Sequence record: PZ445473.1
Reading direction: 5' to 3' (one strand)
DNA: 64,000 nt
Origin: a phage
The notes below the pieces were generated by a model that was given only the letters and a program-made list of their open reading frames with translations, was not told the origin of the DNA and did not search any database. Positions 30,385 to 39,940 of the stretch are shown here, one piece after another. The first letter of the stretch is position 1. Every line of letters begins with the position of its first letter. A program made the position numbers and the translations under genes.

Positions 30385-32229
30385 TTAGTGTGTATGCATC
30401 CAGTTTAACCCAATCTGACAATCAGAAGCCAGAGGACATTCCATGTTCAAGTACTCACCAGCCTTCTTAACACAAAGCTCGGTGTACTCTTTGAGTTTCT
30501 GTACATCATTACGGTTCACTGAGAACTGGCCCTCATCGTGCATATCAATTACCTTAGCACAACGAACTCCATCTTTCTCAATCCACTTGTTAAGGAACAT
30601 CATAGCATATTTCATAACAACAGCACCAGCACATTGCAGGAGTGTGTTAAGGGCTTTATGAACCATAACCTTACCAGTGGCATCCCGTCTCATTGTAATC
30701 TTACGACCATCAACGCCAATCAAATACCCTTGAGCAGCTTTCTCTGTCATACGATCAATGAGGATTGCAATACATGGGTTCTCTGCCAAGAAGCGTGCTC
30801 GCATCACTGAACCTTCGTCAGCTCCACCACCTACGATTGAACCAAGCTTAGCATCACCAGCACCATAGTTAAACGCGTAGATAAACGTTTTAGCGTTGTC
30901 ACGAGTAGGAAGACCAGCAAGTTTCTGGTTGTGGGAGTGGATATCACCTTCAAGAAGGATATCACGATACATAATAGCAGAAGCTAAACCACGTTCTGCC
31001 AGAGCTTTCTTAGCTGGATTATTCTCTTCGATTGCTTCAGCAAGCATATCCCTACACTCTTTAATGAGGTAGTGAGCGAGCATACGAAGTTCAAGTCCAG
31101 AACCATCATACCCTAAGAATACTTCTTTACCAGCGGGTATGTAATATTTGTAAGCACCTACAGGCTTATCTTTCTTCCCCGGCTTACCTTTCTCGTAAAT
31201 TACGTTAGTACCTTTTCGTATATAACAACCATCAGGAACAACGTTAGTAATAACGAAAGGACGAGAGTGATCACTGTCTGAATTATAGTCAGACTCAAAC
31301 AAACTGCGACACTCATGACCAAACAAACCACGGGAGGGAATATTAACCACGATACGATGTTTGAATCGAAAAGTTGGCGTAGCGCAGCTGTTAGCTTCTG
31401 CCGAAAGTTTACCATCTTCGCGTTCCTTTGCTATGAGTCCACTGATAAGACCTAGCCTGTGAGCCGCTACAACGCGCCTCTTAAGCAAACTTCCAACACT
31501 CCCTAGCTCGCCCCCTAACCCTTCTTCAAGAGTCTCCTCGAGGTTTGTAGGAGCTGTAGGCCACTTGTTTGAGGTAGCTAGTGCTATCTTAATCTCATCA
31601 AACGTGATAGGTCTACTTCGGTTAGGGTTTAAACCTAAACCAAACACATAAGCCTTCATATAGTTCTTAGTCTTAAACCTAAAATGCTTCTCTAAGAACC
31701 TCCTAATATCTGCGTCAACCATCTCGGCTGTCTGCTTCTGTTTAGCATTACCTCGCATCCAAGCTGAATACCATGCTTGGTATGTCCCATACTTTCGAAT
31801 ATCTTTCTTGATTTCAAAAGTATTCCAAGGTTTCTTTGATACGTTAAACTCTGGAGGAAGAAAACCCTCATCCATAAGGGCTTCTTTAACTCGTGCATCT
31901 TTCGATGGGTCAAAGTCTACATACTCAACACAGGTGAATGCTCCACCAATGTCTTCTCTCTTAAGGCCAACTCTATCACAGTAGGCTTGAGGCCACTTCT
32001 GTAAAGCTCCAGACTTCTTAAATGGCTTCATATAAGTAGAGCCATCTAATCTCATCTTAGGTAAGAGAGGGATCAGTTCTTTGTCGATATTAACAATAAT
32101 CTCTTTAAGGAGGTGAACATACCACCGAGCATTTCTTCGGTTGAAACTCACTCCGTGCTTCGCTTGCTTAGAGATTATATCAGCGACAGTCATCTCTGTC
32201 AAAAATGGGAGAGCGTCCGGGTTGCTCAC
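30385..32229 (-). CDS. DNA polymerase, family A (polymerase domain only)
   Basis: Motif A LGYDGSGLELRMLAHY, motif B RDNAKTFIYAFNYGAGDAKLG, motif C VIDMHDEGQF. Confidence 0.85.
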   Translation of the reverse strand: MSNPDALPFLTEMTVADIISKQAKHGVSFNRRNARWYVHLLKEIIVNIDKELIPLLPKMRLDGSTYMKPFKKSGALQKWPQAYCDRVGLKREDIGGAFTCVEYVDFDPSKDARVKEALMDEGFLPPEFNVSKKPWNTFEIKKDIRKYGTYQAWYSAWMRGNAKQKQTAEMVDADIRRFLEKHFRFKTKNYMKAYVFGLGLNPNRSRPITFDEIKIALATSNKWPTAPTNLEETLEEGLGGELGSVGSLLKRRVVAAHRLGLISGLIAKEREDGKLSAEANSCATPTFRFKHRIVVNIPSRGLFGHECRSLFESDYNSDSDHSRPFVITNVVPDGCYIRKGTNVIYEKGKPGKKDKPVGAYKYYIPAGKEVFLGYDGSGLELRMLAHYLIKECRDMLAEAIEENNPAKKALAERGLASAIMYRDILLEGDIHSHNQKLAGLPTRDNAKTFIYAFNYGAGDAKLGSIVGGGADEGSVMRARFLAENPCIAILIDRMTEKAAQGYLIGVDGRKITMRRDATGKVMVHKALNTLLQCAGAVVMKYAMMFLNKWIEKDGVRCAKVIDMHDEGQFSVNRNDVQKLKEYTELCVKKAGEYLNMECPLASDCQIGLNWMHTH

Positions 32230-32245
32230 TTTATACTCCTTTAAA

Positions 32246-32668
32246 TTATTGGTAAAGTAAATCTGTAAATGCTTGGTTGTCTTCTACTACATCTAGCAAG
32301 GTTGCTTCGTTACTATAAGACCTAACCGTCCCGTTGACAACTGTCCGAGTAGGAGAGGGAGGTGGTGTATGGTTAGCTCTAGCTTCGCGAGGTTGCTCTC
32401 GTACTAAATGAGCCATAGCCATTTGGTTAGCGACTTCTTCTCTTTCTCGAATAGCTCTCTGAATATAAGCTAGCTTCATGCCCCAAGCTTCTTCAAATTC
32501 TTGAGGATGTTTGTCACTGATAACCACATATTGACGTTCAGGGATACCAGAGCGAATCTCTGATAAGAGTTCACAGAACAAATCCAGTTCGTGTTCAGTG
32601 AGATTCATTTCGATATCATCCCACTTGAGAACTAGGAAACGGTTTTGATATCTAGTCGGTAATGGCAT
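32246..32668 (-). CDS. hypothetical protein
   Basis: 140-aa ORF. Confidence 0.45.
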   Translation of the reverse strand: MPLPTRYQNRFLVLKWDDIEMNLTEHELDLFCELLSEIRSGIPERQYVVISDKHPQEFEEAWGMKLAYIQRAIREREEVANQMAMAHLVREQPREARANHTPPPSPTRTVVNGTVRSYSNEATLLDVVEDNQAFTDLLYQ

Positions 32669-32671
32669 AGC

Positions 32672-32926
32672 TTAACCTTTAGGGAATGGGATGAGGTTTT
32701 CTACTGCAACACGGAATTCTTTCTCTACATCTTTATTCTTATAAGAAATAAATTTCCCATCAGCACCACGGAGGATTACGTTAGTACGAGCTGTTTTTGG
32801 GTTATGACTGATTTGGTTTGCAATGAGACTAATGTTGAGTTTAGTGTTGTGGTTATTGGTGAATTTCCACTTAGCCAGACGATTAGTCATTACATCAATG
32901 ATAGTTACAGTTTTTACAATAGACAT
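32672..32926 (-). CDS. hypothetical protein
   Basis: 84-aa ORF. Confidence 0.45.
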   Translation of the reverse strand: MSIVKTVTIIDVMTNRLAKWKFTNNHNTKLNISLIANQISHNPKTARTNVILRGADGKFISYKNKDVEKEFRVAVENLIPFPKG

Positions 32927-32960
32927 AGTTATTACCTAAGAAGTTTAGTTTGGTTTATAT

Positions 32961-32990
32961 AAAAGAAAAGGCCACCCATTTGGGTAGCCT
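32961..32990 (-). terminator. rho-independent terminator (minus strand)
   Basis: Minus-strand AGGCTACCCA-AA-TGGGTGGCC followed by TTTTCTTTT. Confidence 0.55.
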
Positions 32991-32994
32991 CATA

Positions 32995-33312
32995 TTACGA
33001 TGAGCTTAAAGCTCCTTTGCGTGCTCCAGCTGCCTTCCCAGTTCGATCTCCACTTTTGCCGCCAGCTGAACGATTTCCGCTGACTGTTTCAACACGTAAG
33101 TTGCTTGACGCATTAGAGCCTCCTGACTTGATAGCTCGTTTGTGTCCAACGTCTTTACCTCTGACAGCAGCTTTTCCATCGCGCTTTTCAACGATGCGAC
33201 GTGCACGGTGGCGCTGAGCATCTCCGCTCTTGCTACCAATTCCCGTTTCACCCCTTGCGATGGCGGTACGTCTTTCTTGTGCATAATCTCTCTTTCCTAC
33301 ATGGTCTGCCAT
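32995..33312 (-). CDS. basic Gly/Arg/Lys-rich protein
   Basis: 105 aa; strong AAGGAG RBS; chosen over the overlapping frame 33006-33284. Confidence 0.5.
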   Translation of the reverse strand: MADHVGKRDYAQERRTAIARGETGIGSKSGDAQRHRARRIVEKRDGKAAVRGKDVGHKRAIKSGGSNASSNLRVETVSGNRSAGGKSGDRTGKAAGARKGALSSS

Positions 33313-33347
33313 TTAGAACTCCTTAATATATCAGTGTACACTAAGGA

Positions 33348-33357
33348 GTATACATTA
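33348..33357 (-). promoter_or_regulatory. TAATGTATAC motif (minus strand), 36 nt upstream of the ATG at 33312
   Basis: Plus GTATACATTA = minus TAATGTATAC. Confidence 0.4.
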
Positions 33358-33729
33358 TGAATGATGTTAAAACTCTGCTAAGTATTTAATATCAGAGGCA
33401 TATACCTCATCAAAGGAAATAATTTCTCCATTGTAAAGAAGTTCTATCTTCAATATACCAGAGCATTTGGTGTCTTTAGAATCAACCCTGATAGAGAGCT
33501 TATCAACTATCTGAGCTTTAATCTCTTCTATCATTAACTCTTGAGTGTTATTCACTCCACCCTCCCGGTGGTACAAAATCATCAGGAACGTCAATGATAG
33601 TAGGTTCTCCATTATTCATGCAGGTGTCTTCATTGAACTCTTCACACTCAAAGCATGCTCGTTCGATATTTTTGTAGAAGTCGATGGTTGCTGAACCATC
33701 ACCACAATCTCGGATAACTAGAGCTACTT

Positions 33730-34473
33730 TCATTTCTCTTGTCCTTTTTCCATTGCTTTAACAATAGCTTTACAGAAACCAGAACGAACAATGTCATCTG
33801 ATTCACCATCTACAATCTCAGCGAACTCATACAGATCATGTTCATCAATAAAGTTAGTAGCCCAAGTAAGACCACTCTCACGACCACGCATGTCATGCTG
33901 GTTAGTATCACCCATGCAGAACAGTTGAGAGGTTTCTCCCAATCGAGTCATGATTGAGAAGGCTTCATCTTTAGTGGTGTTCTGGAATTCATCAACAATA
34001 ACAACAGCATCATTGAAAGAACGACCACGGAGATATTCCAGAGGTACGAACTCAATATTACTGTTACCAAGCTGGCATTCATAGAACCCCTTACCATATC
34101 GCTGAGTAATAACATCGATGATAGGCATCAGGTATGGTTCAAACTTCTCACGCATCCCTCCCGGAAGTAACCCAAGAGAGTTGCCCATACCAACTGAAGG
34201 ACGGCTAAGAATGATCTTCTGAATCTTACCACTCTTCAGAGCATCGATAACTGTAGAAGTGATTACATAGGTCTTACCACAGCCCGCAGGAGCGTCTGTG
34301 AACACCACTTGTTTAGTCTTGATAGCATTGAGTAGCTCAGATTGAAACTGATTCTGAGGAACCACTGGCTTCGCTAAAACAACCTCTTCATACTCACGCT
34401 TACCTTTCTTAGTGACCAAGGCTTCACGACGTAAATCTTTACGAGATTCTCTACGGGACTGTCTACGGCTCAT
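33730..34473 (-). CDS. phoH: PhoH-like ATPase
   Basis: Walker A PAGCGKTY; LSRPSVGMGNSLGLLPG and VIVDEFQNTT match PhoH family motifs. Confidence 0.8.
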   Translation of the reverse strand: MSRRQSRRESRKDLRREALVTKKGKREYEEVVLAKPVVPQNQFQSELLNAIKTKQVVFTDAPAGCGKTYVITSTVIDALKSGKIQKIILSRPSVGMGNSLGLLPGGMREKFEPYLMPIIDVITQRYGKGFYECQLGNSNIEFVPLEYLRGRSFNDAVVIVDEFQNTTKDEAFSIMTRLGETSQLFCMGDTNQHDMRGRESGLTWATNFIDEHDLYEFAEIVDGESDDIVRSGFCKAIVKAMEKGQEK

Positions 34474-34655
34474 TTGCGCTCTCCTAGCTCTTCGTAATTA
34501 AATACAGAGGTTCGACAATCTTTACATGTTGTTGTATAGACTCGAACATTAATGTACTTCTTGTTCTTCCCTTTGGTTGGAGAGCCTTTAGCAAGCTCTC
34601 TGATAACCTTGTTACTTAAGTGAAGGTTTGTGCCTTCGCATTTAGAGCACTTCAC
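34470..34655 (-). CDS. small zinc-ribbon protein
   Basis: CSKCEG ... CKDCRT paired Cys motifs in 61 aa. Confidence 0.45.
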   Translation of the reverse strand: MKCSKCEGTNLHLSNKVIRELAKGSPTKGKNKKYINVRVYTTTCKDCRTSVFNYEELGERK

Positions 34656-34876
34656 TCAGGCTCACCAACAGTAACTTCCCATACAACTTGAGAGATGATA
34701 TTGTTGATCTGTTTGATTTGCTCGTAAGTCAGTTGCATACCTTTCATCTTCCGAGAGGCATTGCTTCGTGCTCTTCGCTGACGGTAGAAGTTATTCTTTT
34801 TAGTAGAGTGTAATCTACTCATTTCACAAGCTCCACTTCTTCAATACTGTACCCTTCAAAATACTCACCATCTTGA

Positions 34877-35233
34877 TCATACTGGTTGATTGCTCTTGTT
34901 AGTACCCACACTTTCATTATTCTTCTCTTTATGAAGTCTATAAACAGCTGTCGCCATGCAAGCAACAGCTTCATTGTGTGGGAGATGCATCCCTGTAGAA
35001 CCATCCCAATCTTTGAACTCATTGTCAAAGACTCCGGTAGGCTCTGGATACAGAGCTTGCAGCTCAACCAAATCATTAGCAACTTGTTGCCATTTATCAT
35101 CAGACCAGATAGGGTCATCCAACCAGTAATACAAATAGGAATGGATGATTAATTGCCTTCTGTGCCGATTAATTACTTCAGCGGGACTTATCTCACTTCC
35201 ATTTGAAGTCCTAAATGTATTACTGTCAATCAT
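34877..35233 (-). CDS. hypothetical protein
   Basis: 118-aa ORF. Confidence 0.4.
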   Translation of the reverse strand: MIDSNTFRTSNGSEISPAEVINRHRRQLIIHSYLYYWLDDPIWSDDKWQQVANDLVELQALYPEPTGVFDNEFKDWDGSTGMHLPHNEAVACMATAVYRLHKEKNNESVGTNKSNQPV

Positions 35234-35235
35234 GA

Positions 35236-35892
35236 TTAATTATTCCAAGTAGTTGATAAGGCTTTCCAAGAGATAGGATAAAGTTTCTTCATTTCTTCAT
35301 CAATAGTTTGTGCAAACAGTCGGACCTCATACTGAGCGTGCTCTGACAGACGTTGACGGCACACATCTGACCAGCCATATAGAGAGCCAGTCCACACCCA
35401 CTCAGTGATCATCCCCTGAGGAAGAACAAATCGAGCTTGCTCTGGTGCAACAAATTCAATCAACTTATCATATGCTGCTAGAGAGGATTCATATGCATCG
35501 TTAATCAGCATTAATGCTTCAGCTCGTTCTCCATCGATGAGTTGAATCCCTGAACCTGCATGGAGGTCCGAAGGTCTCGCAAAAATCTCTTTAGGGATGA
35601 AGACTTCAACTGCTCCATCTTTATACCGACGGGACATTTCGTTCCACGAGAATCCAACCTGATGCTTGCCCAGCTGTCTCGCAATTGCGATAGGTGCTTT
35701 GCATCGGAAACTGACTTGTGGGTGTCGGAATGGAGTAACATGCTTTTCTCTTGCGAGGAAGTTGATGAGACGTTCATCACGTTCATTTAAATCACCTTCA
35801 CGGGTTACGCCAAAGGAAACTCGAGCTGCGTTTACTACGCTACGATCGCTTCCCATAGCTTCGATTAATGTTGCTTGTAGTTGTTCATTCAT
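35236..35892 (-). CDS. thyX: flavin-dependent thymidylate synthase (ThyX)-like
   Basis: AARVSFG, HVTPFRHPQVSFRC, MSRRY and HAQYEVRLFAQ follow the ThyX motif order; the canonical RHR is replaced by KHQ. Confidence 0.55.
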   Translation of the reverse strand: MNEQLQATLIEAMGSDRSVVNAARVSFGVTREGDLNERDERLINFLAREKHVTPFRHPQVSFRCKAPIAIARQLGKHQVGFSWNEMSRRYKDGAVEVFIPKEIFARPSDLHAGSGIQLIDGERAEALMLINDAYESSLAAYDKLIEFVAPEQARFVLPQGMITEWVWTGSLYGWSDVCRQRLSEHAQYEVRLFAQTIDEEMKKLYPISWKALSTTWNN

Positions 35893-35907
35893 CCGTGAAT
35901 ATCCTTA

Positions 35908-36183
35908 TTATTTATTGCTCAGTGCTGTGTCCAAAAATGCTTTCAGGTTTGCTTCAGTCTGCATACCAGAGAGGCTGTAATGTGCGCCACTATTCCGGTC
36001 AGGCACAACGAAAGCAGGAATGCTTCGTACACCATACTTAACAGCTTGTTCACGACCGTCACCCTCAAGGATATTAATCTCTTCCACTTCTACATCGAAC
36101 TCCTTAACAACCTTCTCAAAGATAGGAGCCATTGCTTTACATGGAGCACACTGATCACTATAAAACTTAATTACTTTAGACAT
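35908..36183 (-). CDS. thioredoxin/glutaredoxin-fold protein
   Basis: 91 aa with CAPC redox motif in thioredoxin-like context. Confidence 0.55.
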   Translation of the reverse strand: MSKVIKFYSDQCAPCKAMAPIFEKVVKEFDVEVEEINILEGDGREQAVKYGVRSIPAFVVPDRNSGAHYSLSGMQTEANLKAFLDTALSNK

Positions 36184-36191
36184 GTAAATCC

Positions 36192-36371
36192 TTATGCAGT
36201 CAGGAGGTGAAGCAGGAATGGGATAACAACAGCTACGACAACCATGATAGTTGATGCTGTTTGAATCTCACCTTTCTTGTCAGGGGTTTCTTCGATAAGC
36301 TTACCAGAAGCCCAATAGATACCACCACCAATAAAGATAGCCCAAATACCCCATACAATAGCTGATAACAT
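36192..36371 (-). CDS. small two-TM membrane protein (below track size cutoff)
   Basis: 59 aa MLSAIVWGIWAIFIGGGIYWASGK...IMVVVAVVIPFLLHLL; AAGGA RBS. Confidence 0.4.
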   Translation of the reverse strand: MLSAIVWGIWAIFIGGGIYWASGKLIEETPDKKGEIQTASTIMVVVAVVIPFLLHLLTA

Positions 36372-36384
36372 ATATTCATATCCT

Positions 36385-36419
36385 TATAAATAGAAAACCC
36401 CGTCTATTCCTAGACAGGG
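36385..36419 (-). terminator. terminator-like hairpin (minus strand)
   Basis: Imperfect 9-bp stem CCCCGTCTA/TAGACAGGG followed on minus strand by TTTTCTATTT. Confidence 0.4.
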
Positions 36420-36428
36420 CTTGAGTTT

Positions 36429-36992
36429 TTAGTAAGACACATCACCACTTGAGTGGGACATGTTGCTCTTGACGAAGTAGCAATACTTGCCAAGACCTTC
36501 ATTGATTTCTTGAAGCATACTTTGATCGACTGGATAAGTGGCTAAATCGCCATCAAACTCATCCATCTTCTCAATAATACACATCAAGGTCATGCACATA
36601 TCAGAGAGCATACCGTCCATGTCTAGATCAGCGTTACCCTCTGAGAACCAAGCATGAGAGAGGTAGTTAGCTGCTGTAGCATCCACTTTAACACAGTGGT
36701 AACGCATACGTTCAGCAATACGATCTCCTACTTGTCGTGCGTAATCTTCCAGCTCGTCAAACATACCATGAACACCCTGAAATCCTGCACCAGAGACGTT
36801 CCAGTGGTAGTTTTTAGCTTTGATGTGCAAGAGTTCCATATTAGCTTGTAAGCAGCTCAGGATGTGTTCTAGGCTGTTTCCGCTAATCATGCCTTGCATT
36901 GTTTCAAGGCGAGAGATTGAAAGCTCAGACCGGTCTAACATGCTGTAGCTGTCACGACCAATCTCAGGTAAATCAAAGACATTCTTATGCAT
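36429..36992 (-). CDS. Dps/ferritin-like protein
   Basis: HIKAKNYHWNVSGAGFQGVHGMFDELEDYARQVGDRIAERM matches the Dps ferroxidase-region pattern; start taken at ATG 36992. Confidence 0.5.
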   Translation of the reverse strand: MHKNVFDLPEIGRDSYSMLDRSELSISRLETMQGMISGNSLEHILSCLQANMELLHIKAKNYHWNVSGAGFQGVHGMFDELEDYARQVGDRIAERMRYHCVKVDATAANYLSHAWFSEGNADLDMDGMLSDMCMTLMCIIEKMDEFDGDLATYPVDQSMLQEINEGLGKYCYFVKSNMSHSSGDVSY

Positions 36993-37314
36993 TTGGGTTT
37001 TCTCCATCAAGTTCAACTGAGTTAGCAACGTTACGTGCAATATTGTCCATTACCTGCTGGGTAATTACGATGCAGTTCTGTGGGTCTACTGACTTAGAAC
37101 GCCCCATTTCTGGGTCATACACCTTAACACGCTTAGCAGTTGAACCTGTAACCTGAAGAACCTTCAACAGATATCCCTGATTACCGATAGACCAAGCAAC
37201 AACATCACGATTCTTGATAAAGCGACCAAGCATATCACGATGATAAAACTGTTGCATCACCTTGGATTTTGTAATCTCTTCAGTGGGCGGGGCCACTTTA
37301 CTCAAATCTAACAT
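36985..37314 (-). CDS. hypothetical protein
   Basis: 109-aa ORF. Confidence 0.4.
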   Translation of the reverse strand: MLDLSKVAPPTEEITKSKVMQQFYHRDMLGRFIKNRDVVAWSIGNQGYLLKVLQVTGSTAKRVKVYDPEMGRSKSVDPQNCIVITQQVMDNIARNVANSVELDGENPNA

Positions 37315-37596
37315 AACTCTCTCCTGTAAAATACAAACTCTTATTGTACTCTATATACATTTGAGAGTTACCATATCTACTACCAATCAGTAGTGAACTT
37401 TTCCGCTAATATAAACACGACCAGAGGAATACTCTTTGGCCTTATGGATACTGATACTCTTAGTTAAATCTGTATTGAACATAGACTTTTTAAAATCTCG
37501 AGCCTGTTGACGAGTAGGAAGTGCAGTCATGGTCATACCACCTGATGCCCACTTAATCTTTGCTAACCAAAACTGTCTCATAATGATTGGCCTCAT

Positions 37597-38130
37597 TTAC
37601 ACACCTTTAGATGCAACTACACCTTCAGAGTTATTATAACGACCCTTCACTGCATAGGAATGCTCCCCTGCATGAGAGTGCTCAAACATGACCATCTGAC
37701 CAACACGCATACCAGCACGAACTCGTAAGCTGTGGTGCTTTGTTACGTTATGAAATTCAAATGTCAGCTTACTGCTATTAAATCCAGCGTCTGCCCACCC
37801 AGCGTGGAGGTGGTTCAAACCACAACGAGCCATAGATGAACGCAGGACAAACAGGCTTGAAATGTTATCTGGAAGGTTAAACTCCTCCATAGAGTGAGCC
37901 AAGAAGAACTGACCCGGAGTGATAACCAAACCCTCTTCAGGAATTTTTACTTCCTTCCACTGAAGATTCTCTTTCGCATCAATATCAACGATGCCATCAG
38001 CCTGTTCTTCAACAAGGATAGTATCACCAATACGGATATCCACACTAGCAGCGTTAACATACTTATGCTCCGCATCCAGATAGCCATTGTCAATTACATC
38101 ATGCAGTTCAATACTTCCTAGTAAACTCAT
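37597..38130 (-). CDS. dCTP deaminase/dUTPase-family protein
   Basis: RSSMARCGL, AGWADAGF and GMRVGQMVMF match dCTP deaminase family motifs. Confidence 0.6.
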   Translation of the reverse strand: MSLLGSIELHDVIDNGYLDAEHKYVNAASVDIRIGDTILVEEQADGIVDIDAKENLQWKEVKIPEEGLVITPGQFFLAHSMEEFNLPDNISSLFVLRSSMARCGLNHLHAGWADAGFNSSKLTFEFHNVTKHHSLRVRAGMRVGQMVMFEHSHAGEHSYAVKGRYNNSEGVVASKGV

Positions 38131-38139
38131 TCTTATTCC

Positions 38140-39384
38140 TTAGTTGTTTGTTTCTATGTCAAAAGAGAATCCACGACCCGCTTCATCGGCAAACCGAGCT
38201 GTATGGGTTTGAGGCTCTAATACTTCAGGGTTGTTAGCAATAAAGCGAGCGGCGAGATTATCTTCCACATCTTGACTAGAGGGCTGACGTGCACTAACGT
38301 TGAAGCCATTCGGTCGACCACGAGAAGGACTAGACATCCATCTTTCCATAGAATCACTTGTAACACCAAGAGCTTCTTCAAAAGATGTTCTACGGGTAGA
38401 GCTTAGATTTCGTGCTTCATGTGCCACTCTTGCAGGGGTTACAAATAACCCTTCAATTGCATTATGTCGATTAGGTTCATCTTCCCGACCAAGGAGATCA
38501 CCTCCTGCATTAGTTGTTAAGTTTGTCAACCCTTCAGACCAATACGCACGAATCTGGCTAGAGCCATAAATGCCTGACATTAACTGAATCTCTTCATAAG
38601 GTATATCAAAGAATCGACTCATGTCTCGGTTAACACAATACTGAGCACTTGTTGTATCCTCAATAAGAGCAACCTGACCCCGTTCGTTGACCAGATGACT
38701 AACCGGCTGAGGTGTGGGAAGGTGTCGAGTTTGGGCCATGTATTGATATGCAGCTGCTGGATAGGAAAATCTCAACACTTGCGAGTTAGGCCACTTCTTG
38801 TGAACATACCTGATTTCACGACTAGAAACAACCACTGGACAAGGGGCGGTCATAGCCAAGTATCCATGAGGGGTCATGAATAAGTTATCAAGAGTCATCG
38901 CACCACGGCACATCATAGGAAAATTATCCAATACCTCTTCAATAGAAGTAGGATAATTAAACATGAATTGGATACGAACACCATTCCACTGAAACTCAAT
39001 AATATCAGTGAATGTTAATTGAGAACCCCCAGCATATGGCTCATCTGTAGCTTCAACAAGAAGAGATGAATACTCAATATCTTGTGATTCAAGCCATTCC
39101 TTCACATTACTTTCAATCTCCCGCCCAAGCATTTGCCACTGCTCGGTTGGGATAAAGGTGTTTCGAGTTCTTGGTGTTTGTCCTCTGACAATAAAGATAT
39201 CGATGTCATGTGGAGCTGTGTTATTAAGAACAGCATCACGAATAGCCCCACCAGTAATGATAGGGCAAATACCATCTGGAATCAAGTTGTTGTTAATCAA
39301 CTGTTCAATGAAGTGACGACCAACAGTGATATCAGGTTGTTGAGCAACCTTATCTTCAATTCGGTTAATCGGGATAACAATCAT
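38140..39384 (-). CDS. nucleotidyltransferase of the CCA-adding/poly(A) polymerase type
   Basis: ITGGAIRDAVLNNTAPHDIDIF matches the GG.VRD...DiDi head-domain motif; ATG at 39384 is adjacent to the upstream stop. Confidence 0.45.
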   Translation of the reverse strand: MIVIPINRIEDKVAQQPDITVGRHFIEQLINNNLIPDGICPIITGGAIRDAVLNNTAPHDIDIFIVRGQTPRTRNTFIPTEQWQMLGREIESNVKEWLESQDIEYSSLLVEATDEPYAGGSQLTFTDIIEFQWNGVRIQFMFNYPTSIEEVLDNFPMMCRGAMTLDNLFMTPHGYLAMTAPCPVVVSSREIRYVHKKWPNSQVLRFSYPAAAYQYMAQTRHLPTPQPVSHLVNERGQVALIEDTTSAQYCVNRDMSRFFDIPYEEIQLMSGIYGSSQIRAYWSEGLTNLTTNAGGDLLGREDEPNRHNAIEGLFVTPARVAHEARNLSSTRRTSFEEALGVTSDSMERWMSSPSRGRPNGFNVSARQPSSQDVEDNLAARFIANNPEVLEPQTHTARFADEAGRGFSFDIETNN

Positions 39385-39385
39385 T

Positions 39386-39940
39386 TTACATTTTCCAATA
39401 TAATGAAGGTGGGTCATAAGGATCAAATCCTGTGTGTTCACACAAGTATTTATAAACCTTAACAGTTAAGTTAACGTCCTGTTCACAGTAAGTAAACATA
39501 TCTTCAGTGAAAGCATCCCATGCTTCCTCCTGCTCACCGTAATCTCCTTTAAGTTCCCCTAAGAACTCACCCCATTGCTTCAAACCGTGACCTCTTGGGC
39601 CATGTCTAGGGTCGCCTTTCGGATACTCAGGACTGTCACCAATACGGTCAGGTTTAAGATATCGACTAAGACACAGAGTGTCGAAGACGTTAAAACGATA
39701 TTTAATCAGATTGGGATATATTTTCTTCAGAGCACAAAGGTCGAAGTCAATAATGTTATGGCCCACGAGCACATCAGCTTCTGTAAGTTTACGAATCCCA
39801 TCTTCAATTTGGTGAGGCCTGTAGCCCCACCTTTCACCAGTTTCAACATCGAAAATGTAAATACACCATACTTTAGTTATATCATCGTACAGTGCGTTAC
39901 TTTCGATATCAAATGCAAACACTTTCTTTTTCTTTACCAC
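39386..39940 (-). CDS. 3'-5' exonuclease (DEDD family), stand-alone
   Basis: Exo I FAFDIESN, Exo [10 protein letters not shown], Exo III YCEQDV. Confidence 0.7.
   Translation of the reverse strand: MVKKKKVFAFDIESNALYDDITKVWCIYIFDVETGERWGYRPHQIEDGIRKLTEADVLVGHNIIDFDLCALKKIYPNLIKYRFNVFDTLCLSRYLKPDRIGDSPEYPKGDPRHGPRGHGLKQWGEFLGELKGDYGEQEEAWDAFTEDMFTYCEQDVNLTVKVYKYLCEHTGFDPYDPPSLYWKM

Noticed and set aside
33006-33284. Alternative 92-aa ORF overlapping 32995-33312 in another frame
   Set aside because: The competing frame has a strong AAGGAG RBS at correct spacing and the promoter-like motif upstream; this frame has neither.
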